NCBI GenBank assembly: GCA_016188115.1
Contig: JACPIK010000002.1
Coordinates: 1,064,077 to 1,128,076, forward strand
Origin: Candidatus Woesearchaeota archaeon
GTDB taxonomy: Archaea > Nanobdellota > Nanobdellia > Woesearchaeales > GW2011-AR9
DNA: 64,000 nt
Direction of reading: 5' to 3'
Within the stretch, counting starts at the first letter, position 1, and each line of letters opens with the position of its first letter. Below, one piece after another: positions 47,414-56,576 of this stretch. Below the pieces are notes generated by a model that was not told where the DNA came from, made no database searches, and saw nothing but the letters and a program-made list of their open reading frames with translations. The translations under genes and the position numbers were made by a program.

Positions 47414-48577
47414 ATGAATGGACAAAAGAGGAGTAGATTGTATACGTTAAGTAGTATCATCCTTTTTTGTCTCGCGTTCTCATTTACTGTTTATGCTGAC
47501 CAAAGTCCTACCTTTATTGATCCTACTTTTGCTAACAACACGCTAACCTCCAACACATCAATTGTAGTTAATGTTTCCATCACAGAGCCTCTTTTAGGCA
47601 ACATAACCTATAATTGGAACGGCAGTAATTACACATTGTACAGCGAAGAACTCGTAGTTATGTTTAATTTTGATAACCTTTCAGGTGTGGGAGAGAATTA
47701 CAGTGGAAACCGCAGTAACATTTTCGATGCATCACGCAATCGCAACAATGGAACTTGGATCACTAATCTCACCAATGAGACTATCAGAAGTAATTGGACT
47801 GCGCAGGGCAGGCATGGTGGTGCCATTGGTTTTGATGGTATTGATGATGTTGTGTACATCTCTAGTATTCCTGGCTTAAGCAATGCTACTAGCATAACAT
47901 TTTCCTACTGGGTAAAATTCCCTGACAATGCGACAAGTTATGACTTGAGTGGTTTTGTCAAAAGTGGCAGTGGTCCTGCAATCCGTTTAGGTCGAAGTAG
48001 TACCGGTGGTATTTTCATCAACCCTGGAACCCATACCGATATTTCTATTTCTCATTCCATCAACAACAAAAACCAATGGTATTTCCTTGCGTTAACTTCA
48101 GCTGTTGGAAAAAACTGGACCGTCTACGTTGATGGTAAAAATATTTCCAGCGGAACCAATGGTCTTCCTAGTGTTGGATTTGCGGGCGATACCCCATTTG
48201 GCATCGGTGCAACACTTGAACCAATTTCAACGGTATGGGAAACCAGGGGGTTCATCGATGAGCCTCGTATTTACAACCGCAGTTTCACACCAGAGGAGAT
48301 CTACACCCTTTACATCTCAAATTTCCAGAAAGTAACAGAGTCGCAATGGTACTTTTCCGCTAACCAAAGCCTCAATGCAACGGATGTTCTTGTGAACGGA
48401 ACGTATACCTATCAATTTTTTACTAAAAATACGACCGGCACGCAAAGCAGTACCGAGCAACGAACCATTCACATTGGCCAACTACCAGCAGTTCCAGAAT
48501 TTGGTGAGTGGGCAGTTTTACTGATTCTAATCTCAACTGTTGTAGGATATTTTCGGATGAAGCAAAGGACAGAATAA
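47414..48577 (+). CDS. Secreted LamG/ConA-like surface protein, PEF-CTERM (paralog 3)
   Basis: 'FIDPTFANNTLTSNTSIVVNVSITE'; 'FDGIDDVVYIS...WVKFP'; C-terminus 'VPEFGEWAVLLILISTVVGYFRMKQRTE'. Confidence 0.75.
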   Translation: MNGQKRSRLYTLSSIILFCLAFSFTVYADQSPTFIDPTFANNTLTSNTSIVVNVSITEPLLGNITYNWNGSNYTLYSEELVVMFNFDNLSGVGENYSGNRSNIFDASRNRNNGTWITNLTNETIRSNWTAQGRHGGAIGFDGIDDVVYISSIPGLSNATSITFSYWVKFPDNATSYDLSGFVKSGSGPAIRLGRSSTGGIFINPGTHTDISISHSINNKNQWYFLALTSAVGKNWTVYVDGKNISSGTNGLPSVGFAGDTPFGIGATLEPISTVWETRGFIDEPRIYNRSFTPEEIYTLYISNFQKVTESQWYFSANQSLNATDVLVNGTYTYQFFTKNTTGTQSSTEQRTIHIGQLPAVPEFGEWAVLLILISTVVGYFRMKQRTE

Positions 48578-48578
48578 G

Positions 48579-49661
48579 ATGGTATTGGCTTCTCAACAAT
48601 CATTAAATCGGTTCTTACTTTTTTCATTATTTGTAATTTTATTATCAAGTCCAAGCATCGCATCAGTCTCTTTTGTCGATCCAACTATGTCAGACAATAC
48701 TCTTAGTTCAAATACAAGCATCATCATTAATGCAACTATTACAGATGCAGCATTGCGTGAAGTGATGTATGTTTGGAACGGTTCCAACTTCACGTTCTAC
48801 AATAATAGTATCTCATTGATGTTTAATTTTGATACTTACACTCAACTCAACGACACCAGTAAATTTCATAGAAATGCTTCCTATATGGGTGATGCTGCCT
48901 ACACAGCTTCAGGAAAATATAATGGAGCCGTTGCATTTGATGGAAATGGAGATTATATCCAACTCAACACAACAACGGGGATTCCTGTAGGTAACGACCT
49001 GTATACAATTTCAGCTTGGATTAATCCCACCATCTGTAATGGTGGGTATGGTATTGTGGGATGGGGAAGTTATGGGTCCTCAAACCAAGCGAACGCATTT
49101 CGTCTTGCAACAGGTTGTTTTATCCTCAACTACTGGTGGGCTAATGACATCACTTCTACCGGCACAGTTGCAATCAATCAATGGAATCATGTCGTAGCGA
49201 CATTTAATGGTTCAACTCGTTCGCTTTATATTAATGGGCGCTTAGACAAATCCGACACCCCCAGCGGCCACAACGTAGTTGTTGTAGATCCCGTTACAAT
49301 TGGAAAGACTTACTCCAATGAATATTTTAATGGAACCATTGATGAAGTTCGCATCTGGAACTGCTCCTTCAATTCTACAGAGATCTATGAACAATATGTT
49401 TCTAATTTGCGCCAGTATGATACGGACAAATGGGAACTGCTTGTTAACCAAAGTAAAAACGCTACTGCCGTTTTAGACAACGCAACCTACACCTATCAAA
49501 TCTTCACATACAACACGACCGGCAGCCAAAGTAGTACAGAACAACGTAGTTACACCTTAGGACAAATTCCCATCACCCCAGAGTTTGGTGAATGGGCAAT
49601 GTTACTCATCCTCATTACGGTCATCAGCGGTTTTTATGGTCTTAAACGGCATTCAGAGTAA
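48579..49661 (+). CDS. Secreted LamG/ConA-like surface protein, PEF-CTERM (paralog 4)
   Basis: 'FVDPTMSDNTLSSNTSIIINATITD'; 'FDGNGDYIQL...WINP'; 'DEVRIWNCSFNSTEIYEQY'; C-terminus 'TPEFGEWAMLLILITVISGFYGLKRHSE'. Confidence 0.75.
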   Translation: MVLASQQSLNRFLLFSLFVILLSSPSIASVSFVDPTMSDNTLSSNTSIIINATITDAALREVMYVWNGSNFTFYNNSISLMFNFDTYTQLNDTSKFHRNASYMGDAAYTASGKYNGAVAFDGNGDYIQLNTTTGIPVGNDLYTISAWINPTICNGGYGIVGWGSYGSSNQANAFRLATGCFILNYWWANDITSTGTVAINQWNHVVATFNGSTRSLYINGRLDKSDTPSGHNVVVVDPVTIGKTYSNEYFNGTIDEVRIWNCSFNSTEIYEQYVSNLRQYDTDKWELLVNQSKNATAVLDNATYTYQIFTYNTTGSQSSTEQRSYTLGQIPITPEFGEWAMLLILITVISGFYGLKRHSE

Positions 49662-49692
49662 GGATTAAATACTCTCATCTGCTCTTCTCATC

Positions 49693-50799
49693 ATGGACCA
49701 AAAGAGGATAATGTTCACTATTTTAGTCTTTGCGCTGTATTCTTATTCTGGTCTTGCTACTGTTACTTTTATTGACCCAACACCTTCCGATGCAACCCTC
49801 TCTTCCAACACCAGCGTGATCATTAATGTATCCATCACAGAATCAAATCTAAGTTCCATTACTCATGTGTGGAATGGTACTAATTTCACTTTTTATAACA
49901 GCTCATTGGTTCTCCTTCTTAATTTTGAACCGTATAGGGGAATGAATGACTCTTCCTCATCAGCTCTGAGCCCGAGCATTTTTGGCGATTCATCCATCAA
50001 TTCCAGCGGGGGCAAGTATGGTGCATCGCTTACTCTTGATGGAACAGGCGACTATCTAACTATCCCTCGAGTAATCACAGACGATTTCACACTTGCAGCT
50101 TGGATAAATAAAAGAACATCATTAACCAATAATGGTGCTTGCAGTAATGATCAATGGTATTGTGGGTTTGGCATTCTTGACGCAGAAGTAGCGGGTGTAA
50201 GCAATGATTTTGGATTAGGAGTGAAAGATAACAAAATTATTTTTGGAATCGGAAATGCGGATACCAGTATCCTCTCCACGACAACACTCAATTCAGATCA
50301 GTGGTATTTTGTCGCCGCAACTCGTGAAAAATCTACTGGTGCTATGCGAATTTATGTGAATGGTATTAATGAGACTCAAGCAACAGGAAATACTAATTCT
50401 TTAACTTCAAACGCCAACATCTATATCGGTGAAGATGGTAGTGGAAACCGAGGGTTCTTTAATGGTCAATTTGATGATGTCCAAATTTACAATCGTACTC
50501 TCTCTAATGCCGAAATCGCCGAGCTCTACCTGCAAAACATCTGGCGACATAATGCGACACAGTGGTATTTCTATGTTAATCAAAGTCAGAATGCCACCAC
50601 AGTATTATCAAATGGTACGTATACTTACCAAATTTTTACTACAAACACGACAGGAAGTGGGAGCAATACAGAACAACGCACCTATACTTTAGGTCAACTC
50701 CCAACTGCTCCTGAATTTGGTGAGTGGGCGATACTGCTTATTTTAATCTCAACAGTTGCAGGCTATTTTCACATGCGCACCAAACAACAAAACGACTAA
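49693..50799 (+). CDS. Secreted LamG/ConA-like surface protein, PEF-CTERM (paralog 5)
   Basis: 'FIDPTPSDATLSSNTSVIINVSITE'; 'LDGTGDYLTIP...WINK'; 'DDVQIYNRTLSNAEIAELY'; C-terminus 'APEFGEWAILLILISTVAGYFHMRTKQQND'. Confidence 0.75.
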   Translation: MDQKRIMFTILVFALYSYSGLATVTFIDPTPSDATLSSNTSVIINVSITESNLSSITHVWNGTNFTFYNSSLVLLLNFEPYRGMNDSSSSALSPSIFGDSSINSSGGKYGASLTLDGTGDYLTIPRVITDDFTLAAWINKRTSLTNNGACSNDQWYCGFGILDAEVAGVSNDFGLGVKDNKIIFGIGNADTSILSTTTLNSDQWYFVAATREKSTGAMRIYVNGINETQATGNTNSLTSNANIYIGEDGSGNRGFFNGQFDDVQIYNRTLSNAEIAELYLQNIWRHNATQWYFYVNQSQNATTVLSNGTYTYQIFTTNTTGSGSNTEQRTYTLGQLPTAPEFGEWAILLILISTVAGYFHMRTKQQND

Positions 50800-50852
50800 C
50801 CCAAAGAACACTCATCACCAAGTTTTTTAAACTTCACAACTCTTCTTCTCCT

Positions 50853-51269
50853 ATGAAAACCGTCATGTGTTTTGGCACATTCGACTTACTGCACTTAGGT
50901 CATCTTTCCTACTTTACTCAAGCTAAGAAATACGGTGATCATCTCATCGTTGTCATTTCTCGTGATTATACCAGAAATAAAGAAAAAAGAAAAACGATCT
51001 TTAATGAGAAAGAACGTGTAAAATTAATTCAATCGCTTAAAATCGTTGATGAAGCCGTCCTTGGCTATCCACAAGATCATCTACGTATCATTGAAGAACA
51101 GAAGCCAGATATCATTGTATTAGGCTACGATCATCCGATAGCGGAAAAGGAATTGCAACAACGACTTGCACAACGAAATTTGCATCCCGCAATAAAACGA
51201 GCAAAAGCCTACAAAACCCATTCTCAAAAAACTGGTACGATCAAACAGAAAATTCTCAAACTAAAATAA
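50853..51269 (+). CDS. Cytidylyltransferase-like nucleotidyltransferase (HxGH), RibL/FAD-synthetase-like
   Basis: 'MKTVMCFGTFDLLHLGHLSYF...HLIVVISRD'; ~138 aa. The ORF-track start at 50724 overlaps the preceding gene, so the internal ATG is preferred. Confidence 0.65.
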   Translation: MKTVMCFGTFDLLHLGHLSYFTQAKKYGDHLIVVISRDYTRNKEKRKTIFNEKERVKLIQSLKIVDEAVLGYPQDHLRIIEEQKPDIIVLGYDHPIAEKELQQRLAQRNLHPAIKRAKAYKTHSQKTGTIKQKILKLK

Positions 51270-51311
51270 AGATTAAGAATATTTATAAAAAAGATTTCTA
51301 AAAATAATACT

Positions 51312-51911
51312 ATGACAACTTTAACTATTGATGATGCCATATTACTTGACTTAATTGCAGGAAAATTCTTGAAAGAGCTATCGCCAGAACAAAGAGCACG
51401 GGTTACTGAGGCTCTCGAAGCACGAGCTATGTGGGGCGATGGACCACGAACTGTACAAAAGATTCAAATTACTAACCCAGAACACTCTAGCTTATTTTCT
51501 ACAGGTGAATCATGGCATGCGTATGCTCAATTATTACATCATGGTCGAGACGGTGTCCATCAAGTTGTTGAAGATCCCCAAAGAGCCCGATACAGTGCAA
51601 AATTAAATCTCTCTTTCGTGAATCCTGTGAATCCAACAGAGTTACGAGCAAACTTAGCTCTATATCGTGCTGATCAACCCCAAGCATGGCAAGTTTCTAT
51701 TCAAGATAGAATCGGTGTTCTCACAATTGACGGAACCAGTTTCTATTGCGGCGATCACAAGGGTAGTAATCTCACTACTCTTACAAATTTTATTAAAGGG
51801 CCTGAAATTGCTGATAAAGGGAACCGACCGTATATTCGTGGTGAATACTTAAATCGACCAATAGGAACTCTAAATGATCCCATCTTTCTACCACCTCGAC
51901 CGGTGAAATAA
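51312..51911 (+). CDS. Hypothetical protein
   Basis: 199-aa ORF with higher local GC; no motif recognised. Confidence 0.3.
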   Translation: MTTLTIDDAILLDLIAGKFLKELSPEQRARVTEALEARAMWGDGPRTVQKIQITNPEHSSLFSTGESWHAYAQLLHHGRDGVHQVVEDPQRARYSAKLNLSFVNPVNPTELRANLALYRADQPQAWQVSIQDRIGVLTIDGTSFYCGDHKGSNLTTLTNFIKGPEIADKGNRPYIRGEYLNRPIGTLNDPIFLPPRPVK

Positions 51912-51950
51912 TCAAGATACATTTTTAACTTCATTCTTTTTTATTATTCT

Positions 51951-52829
51951 GTGGTTTCCAAAACACCTTTAATCCTTCTCGCCGGCTATCTTGGCAGCGG
52001 TAAAACAACTCTTTTACTTCATCTCCTTTCACAATCAAAACAGAAAATCGCCGTTCTCATGAATGAATTTGGTGATGTAGGAATTGATACAGACACCATC
52101 AAAGGAGAAAACATCCAGATCAAAGAATTACTTGAAGGCTGTGTGTGTTGTTCGTTAGTAGGTGAGTTTGAAGCCGCAGTCAAAGAAATTATCACAAAAT
52201 ATCATCCTGAATTAATCATCGTTGAAACAACAGGCATTGCCGAAGCGGACAATCTCGTCCTTTCTGTTCGTGACTCTCTCTCACAAGTTGATCTCAAATC
52301 TGTTGTCACGGTTGTCGATGCTGATCTCATGATCCGGTTTCCATCATTAGGACACAACATTGAACTACAAGTCCAAGCAGCCGATGTATTGATCTTGAAT
52401 AAAATCGATTTGGTTTCAAAAGTACAAGTAAAGACCTGCGAAGAACGATTACACAAACTGAACTCACATGCCAGGATTATTACTACAAAACATGGCAAAA
52501 TTGATTTTGCTTCTCTTCTCAGTGCAAAATTAGCCTCTTCTAAAGTAATTAAACCAGTTAATCATAAAACTACTATGCAAACATTCTCACTTTCGACTAC
52601 AAAGATTACCAAAAAGAACCTAGAAGAATTCCTCCAAAAATTACCCAAAAGCGTTATGCGTTGCAAGGGGTATGTTACCATTGGGTCAACTCAATACCTT
52701 GTGAATTATGTACGTGGTCGCTGGACCATAGAAAAAGGCAACGGAACACAGAAACTGGTGTTTATTGGAGAAAATGTCACAAAAGACAAAATCAAGATCG
52801 TAACATTACTCAAAAAGCACTTAACTTAA
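51951..52829 (+). CDS. CobW/G3E-family GTPase (COG0523 metallochaperone-like)
   Basis: Walker A 'LLAGYLGSGKTTLL', 'CVCCS' metal-binding motif, 'ETTGIAEA', 'NKIDL'. Confidence 0.8.
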   Translation: MVSKTPLILLAGYLGSGKTTLLLHLLSQSKQKIAVLMNEFGDVGIDTDTIKGENIQIKELLEGCVCCSLVGEFEAAVKEIITKYHPELIIVETTGIAEADNLVLSVRDSLSQVDLKSVVTVVDADLMIRFPSLGHNIELQVQAADVLILNKIDLVSKVQVKTCEERLHKLNSHARIITTKHGKIDFASLLSAKLASSKVIKPVNHKTTMQTFSLSTTKITKKNLEEFLQKLPKSVMRCKGYVTIGSTQYLVNYVRGRWTIEKGNGTQKLVFIGENVTKDKIKIVTLLKKHLT

Positions 52830-52909
52830 ACTTTCTACAGCATCAATTTTTTCGCAACCTTTTTAACCCGTCAAAACTCCTTCATCCTACACTTAGGAGG
52901 TGTTTAACA

Positions 52910-53299
52910 ATGTGTATCGGAAAATATACAAGTAAATATAGCGAACACTTTTACGTTGTGTTTCGTGTAGTTATTGGTCTCATGTTCTTCATGCATGGAT
53001 TCTTAAAGTTCAGCGCAATGAATGTACCTGTTGCAAGCTTATTTGGCGTCGCAGGCATTGTAGAAATTCTTGCAGGTCTTGGCATTTTAGTAGGTATGTT
53101 TAGCCGTCTTGCAGCTGTTGGTGGTCTTGTGACTATGGTTGTTGCATTGGCAACTCAACATTTCCCTAAAGGCATTAATCCTTTAGCAAATGGCGGAGAA
53201 CTTGCAGTACTCTATCTTATTGCATTCTTGATAATCTTGGGCAAAGGCAACGGCAAAGCAAGTCTTGAGAAAGCTTTACTTAAGAAAGAAATGTGTTAA
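52910..53299 (+). CDS. DoxX-family membrane protein
   Basis: 'FRVVIGLMFFMHGFLKF', 4 TM helices; AGGAGG 8-10 nt upstream of this ATG. The longer ORF-track version from 52661 overlaps the CobW gene. Confidence 0.7.
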   Translation: MCIGKYTSKYSEHFYVVFRVVIGLMFFMHGFLKFSAMNVPVASLFGVAGIVEILAGLGILVGMFSRLAAVGGLVTMVVALATQHFPKGINPLANGGELAVLYLIAFLIILGKGNGKASLEKALLKKEMC

Positions 53300-53406
53300 G
53301 TCCTTTCTTTATTTTTTTCTTTTAGTTTCTTTTTTTCCACAATCTATCCACCCAATAGTTATGCAACTTAATAAGATTTAAATAGCCTTTCTGCTCATAA
53401 CTCAGT

Positions 53407-53850
53407 ATGAAAACAACTCAGATCATTATTGGAATTATTGCTGTTCTCTCATTATTTCTCGTAAGCTGTAACAGTACCAAATACGATGAATTTGCACAAT
53501 GTCTTACTGATAATAAAGTAGTCATGTATGGTGCGTATTGGTGCGGTCATTGCGCAGAACAAAAACGCATGTTTTCTGACAGTTTTGAAAAAGTAACCTA
53601 TGTTGAATGTTCTTTACCTGACAACGCTGGTCAAACCCAAGTGTGTCAAATGAAAAACATCACTGGCTATCCTACCTGGGAATTTGCTGACGGTTCAAGA
53701 GTAAGTGGGAAACAAGAATTTGAGACATTGAGTGCAAAAAGCGGCTGTCTTCTTCCGGATGGAACCTTAGGAACTGATCAACGACCCACAGTTTCCCAGC
53801 TACCTCAAGAACCGATCCCTATGCCAGATATTGCGGCTCAAACAGAATAG
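53407..53850 (+). CDS. Secreted thioredoxin-fold lipoprotein (WCGHC)
   Basis: Signal plus lipobox 'LFLVSC', 'YGAYWCGHCAEQK' CxxC thioredoxin motif. Confidence 0.65.
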   Translation: MKTTQIIIGIIAVLSLFLVSCNSTKYDEFAQCLTDNKVVMYGAYWCGHCAEQKRMFSDSFEKVTYVECSLPDNAGQTQVCQMKNITGYPTWEFADGSRVSGKQEFETLSAKSGCLLPDGTLGTDQRPTVSQLPQEPIPMPDIAAQTE

Positions 53851-53885
53851 ATTATTTTTTATATTGCTCTTCTTTTATTTTAATC

Positions 53886-54452
53886 ATGGGAATTGTTGAA
53901 GACGCACGGGTGTATGCTGTTTTAGAAATTGAAAAAACCGGCTTACCTAATATAACACATTTTGAAATTAGTGAGAAGAAAGCAATCCAACTCGCTAAAG
54001 TACTCAAAGCAGATGAAAAAATCGTACAAATCGGTGTCTACTTCATGGATTTAAAGTTAGGACAAGCAATGAAAGAAAATAGGCTCACAGATCACATTCC
54101 TATGGCAGTCACAGCGGCACAAGAATTTTTCAAAGTTCATAAGATTTCCAAACCTAATCAAGAAAAAATCATTAACTGTATTCAAGCCCATCACAAAGAA
54201 ATTCCATTCACTTGTATTGAAGCAGAAATTTGTGCTAATGCTGATTGTTATAGATTTATCCACCCAAAAGGATTTTTTGCCTATCTCACTATTCTTGGAA
54301 AAAGATACTCAAATCTCAATGAGTGTTTAGAACAAGCAGAAAGAAAAATGGATGAAAAATACAAAACCCTTTCCCTACCTCTATGCAAAAAAGAACTAGC
54401 TCCTTACTATAAAAATCTAAAACAATACCTCAAAGATGCACGCTATCTCTAA
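53886..54452 (+). CDS. Hypothetical protein, possible HD-domain phosphohydrolase
   Basis: Weak His/Asp pattern ('ITHFEI', 'QAHHKE', 'CANADCY'); low confidence. Confidence 0.3.
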   Translation: MGIVEDARVYAVLEIEKTGLPNITHFEISEKKAIQLAKVLKADEKIVQIGVYFMDLKLGQAMKENRLTDHIPMAVTAAQEFFKVHKISKPNQEKIINCIQAHHKEIPFTCIEAEICANADCYRFIHPKGFFAYLTILGKRYSNLNECLEQAERKMDEKYKTLSLPLCKKELAPYYKNLKQYLKDARYL

Positions 54453-54955
54453 TTCTTCTTTATTTCACACACTTTCGTCACAATCTTCTTCGATAAAACA
54501 TACCAAGAATAAATCAACAGCCCTAATCCTAATACGGCTAATTCTACTCCTTGAAATGGCAGCCATGCCAATAATCCCGTCAACCCCAACAAACTAAATA
54601 TTCCCAAAGCACAGGATGCGCACCCAGGTGCAACCACCCCTGCAATCACACCAACGACTCCCATCCCCATTTGTTCACGTACTTGACGACGCAATAAAAA
54701 AATCATGTACGTTACAACAATACCTGTCAGGATCGAAACTAAAGACAAAAACAAATACGAACTCAACGGCATCAAATCCACCGAACCCCAGACACTCCAA
54801 AAAGCAAACACAACATCACCCTCAAAAATCAAGCGGTAATTCTTTATCAAAACATTAAACCAATACGCAGCAATACTTATCGCTACCGTTAAAGCAATAT
54901 ACTTCCAAGAGCCATACACTTCACGCGCAGCAGTAAAAAATTTGTGAAAAATCAT
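54449..54955 (-). CDS. Polytopic membrane protein with 'PGCASC' motif
   Basis: 4-5 TM segments; 'VVAPGCASCALGIFSLLGL'. Confidence 0.35.
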   Translation of the reverse strand: MIFHKFFTAAREVYGSWKYIALTVAISIAAYWFNVLIKNYRLIFEGDVVFAFWSVWGSVDLMPLSSYLFLSLVSILTGIVVTYMIFLLRRQVREQMGMGVVGVIAGVVAPGCASCALGIFSLLGLTGLLAWLPFQGVELAVLGLGLLIYSWYVLSKKIVTKVCEIKKN

Positions 54956-54978
54956 AATAAAAAAAGAAAAACAAAAGC

Positions 54979-55719
54979 TTATTCAGCCAATGCTTGTTCA
55001 ATGACTTGTTGGAATGCAGCGAATGGTTGCGCTCCGCTAATCAAACGTCCATTCACAAAAAATGCAGGAGTTCCTTGTACGCCAGCAGCGCTTCCATCTT
55101 GCATATCTTTGGCAACTTCTTGTTTGATAGCAGGATCAGCACGGCATTTTTCCCATGTTGCGCTATTCAAACCAATCTCTTGTGCCCATTGTTTAAGAGT
55201 AGCTTCGCTAAGCAATTCTTGATTGGCAAAGATTTTGTCGTGAAGTGCGTAATATTTTCCTTGTTTTCCAGCACACTCAGCTGCAATTGCTGCAGGTTCA
55301 GCCATAGCATGGAAAGGTAGAGGATAATCTCGGAAGATTAATTTTACTTTTCCAGTATCAATGTATTGACTTTTAAGCTGTGGTAGAGTTTGTTGATAGA
55401 ATCGACCGCAGAATGGGCATTGGTAATCGCTAAATTCCACAATGGTAACTGGGGCATCTTCATCCCCAAGAACAGCATCAGTATCAACTAATTTTTCCAT
55501 ATTAACAACGGGAGCAGGTGCTTCTTCCCCAGGAGCTAAGGGTACATTTGGCACATTAGCAACACCAGCGCTTCCTATTGATCCTACCTTAAACGCGATA
55601 AAGAGCAACAGCACGATTTGAATCACTGCTGCGCCAATTAATAATTTATGCATCGTTGATGTTTTTTCACCATGAACATGTGTTTCTCTATGATGAGTTT
55701 CTTGTTTTATATCTTCCAT
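54979..55719 (-). CDS. DsbA-like thiol:disulfide oxidoreductase, membrane-anchored
   Basis: N-terminal TM 'LLIGAAVIQIVLLLFIAF', 'VEFSDYQCPFCGRFYQQ' CPxC active site, DsbA-fold C-terminus. Confidence 0.75.
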   Translation of the reverse strand: MEDIKQETHHRETHVHGEKTSTMHKLLIGAAVIQIVLLLFIAFKVGSIGSAGVANVPNVPLAPGEEAPAPVVNMEKLVDTDAVLGDEDAPVTIVEFSDYQCPFCGRFYQQTLPQLKSQYIDTGKVKLIFRDYPLPFHAMAEPAAIAAECAGKQGKYYALHDKIFANQELLSEATLKQWAQEIGLNSATWEKCRADPAIKQEVAKDMQDGSAAGVQGTPAFFVNGRLISGAQPFAAFQQVIEQALAE

Positions 55720-55838
55720 AATTAAACCTCCTATTTGGGCAAAGAGTGGAGCAATAGCTATATATATTTGTGGGTCTAAATAGAACCATCAAGAATGTCT
55801 AAAAATAAAAAATTTTCAAGAATTATCGTTTATCTTGG

Positions 55839-56342
55839 TTAAAACTCATCTCGTAAATATATTGCGAGAGTTTTTCCTTCTTCTGTACGCTTAACCAATT
55901 CTTTTTTCTCTAACTCTGTTAAAACTTGACTTAATTTTGCTTTGGACATATTCACCCGAAGAGCAAGAGTATTCTGCGTGATACCTGGCTGTTCTCTAAC
56001 CGCGCTAATAACTTCCTGTTCAAAGGGATTAAGTCCTTTAAGTAGAATTTTAAATTTATCTCCTGCCCTCTGTTTTGATTTTTCATGCTCAAGACGTTCT
56101 AAGACTGCTTCTTCCCCTTTCGAAAAAAAGAGCATATAAAATCCTAAACCAAACAAGAATCCAAAAATTCCAAACGCAAAATGAACAATGGTAAGAGATG
56201 TTTCAATACGCGCACAGCTTGGGTCTTGATAGCACCCTAATGCTTTAATATCTTGATTAAGCGAACGCATAAACAAAAGAAATATCACTAACAATGCAGC
56301 AGCAATCACCAACAGTACGATGCCGATTTTCTTTTGATTCAC
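55839..56342 (-). CDS. Membrane-anchored winged-helix transcription regulator
   Basis: Two N-terminal TM helices with 'CYQDPSC', C-terminal wHTH 'QEVISAVREQPGITQNTLALRVNMSKAKLSQVLTELEKKELVKR'. Confidence 0.5.
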   Translation of the reverse strand: MNQKKIGIVLLVIAAALLVIFLLFMRSLNQDIKALGCYQDPSCARIETSLTIVHFAFGIFGFLFGLGFYMLFFSKGEEAVLERLEHEKSKQRAGDKFKILLKGLNPFEQEVISAVREQPGITQNTLALRVNMSKAKLSQVLTELEKKELVKRTEEGKTLAIYLRDEF

Positions 56343-56399
56343 AGTAGGTAAGGCGAAGGCTGCTTCTTAAATCTTATGGAGGAAGAACTGGAAAAATTC

Positions 56400-56560
56400 T
56401 ACTTAAATCTGCTTATTCCACTCATGTGTTCATGAGTGATTTAGTAAGCTAATCCACATCGGCTGGAATAAGCAGGGTCTGAACGTAGGGACCGAGGCGA
56501 AGCCGAGCATGCCTCTGGTCTATTGACCAGAGGTGTCCTGGAGTGATTGACAAATGAAAC
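56400..56560. ncRNA. Candidate structured RNA / GC-rich hairpin-dense intergenic element
   Basis: GC-rich island in an AT-rich intergenic region; nested inverted repeats (CTGCTTATTCCA...TGGAATAAGCAG; CACTCATG tgtt CATGAGTG; CCTCTGGTC tattg ACCAGAGG). No tRNA cloverleaf could be fitted. Confidence 0.2.
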
Positions 56561-56576
56561 AAAAAAAGAAGAAAAT

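Noticed and set aside
50724-50852. 43-aa N-terminal extension of the nucleotidyltransferase ORF
   Set aside because: It overlaps the end of PEF-CTERM paralog 5. Homologous HxGH nucleotidyltransferases begin right at 'MK..CFGTFD', so the start was reset to 50853.
52661-52909. 83-aa N-terminal extension of the DoxX ORF
   Set aside because: The extension overlaps the 3' end of the CobW-like gene and is Arg/Cys/His-rich junk. An AGGAGG ribosome-binding site sits 8-10 nt before the internal ATG at 52910.
56343-56576. A tRNA gene in the GC-rich intergenic island
   Set aside because: I could not fit a 7-bp acceptor stem, a 7-nt anticodon loop or a GTTCRANYC T-loop on either strand. Kept only as a generic structured-RNA candidate.
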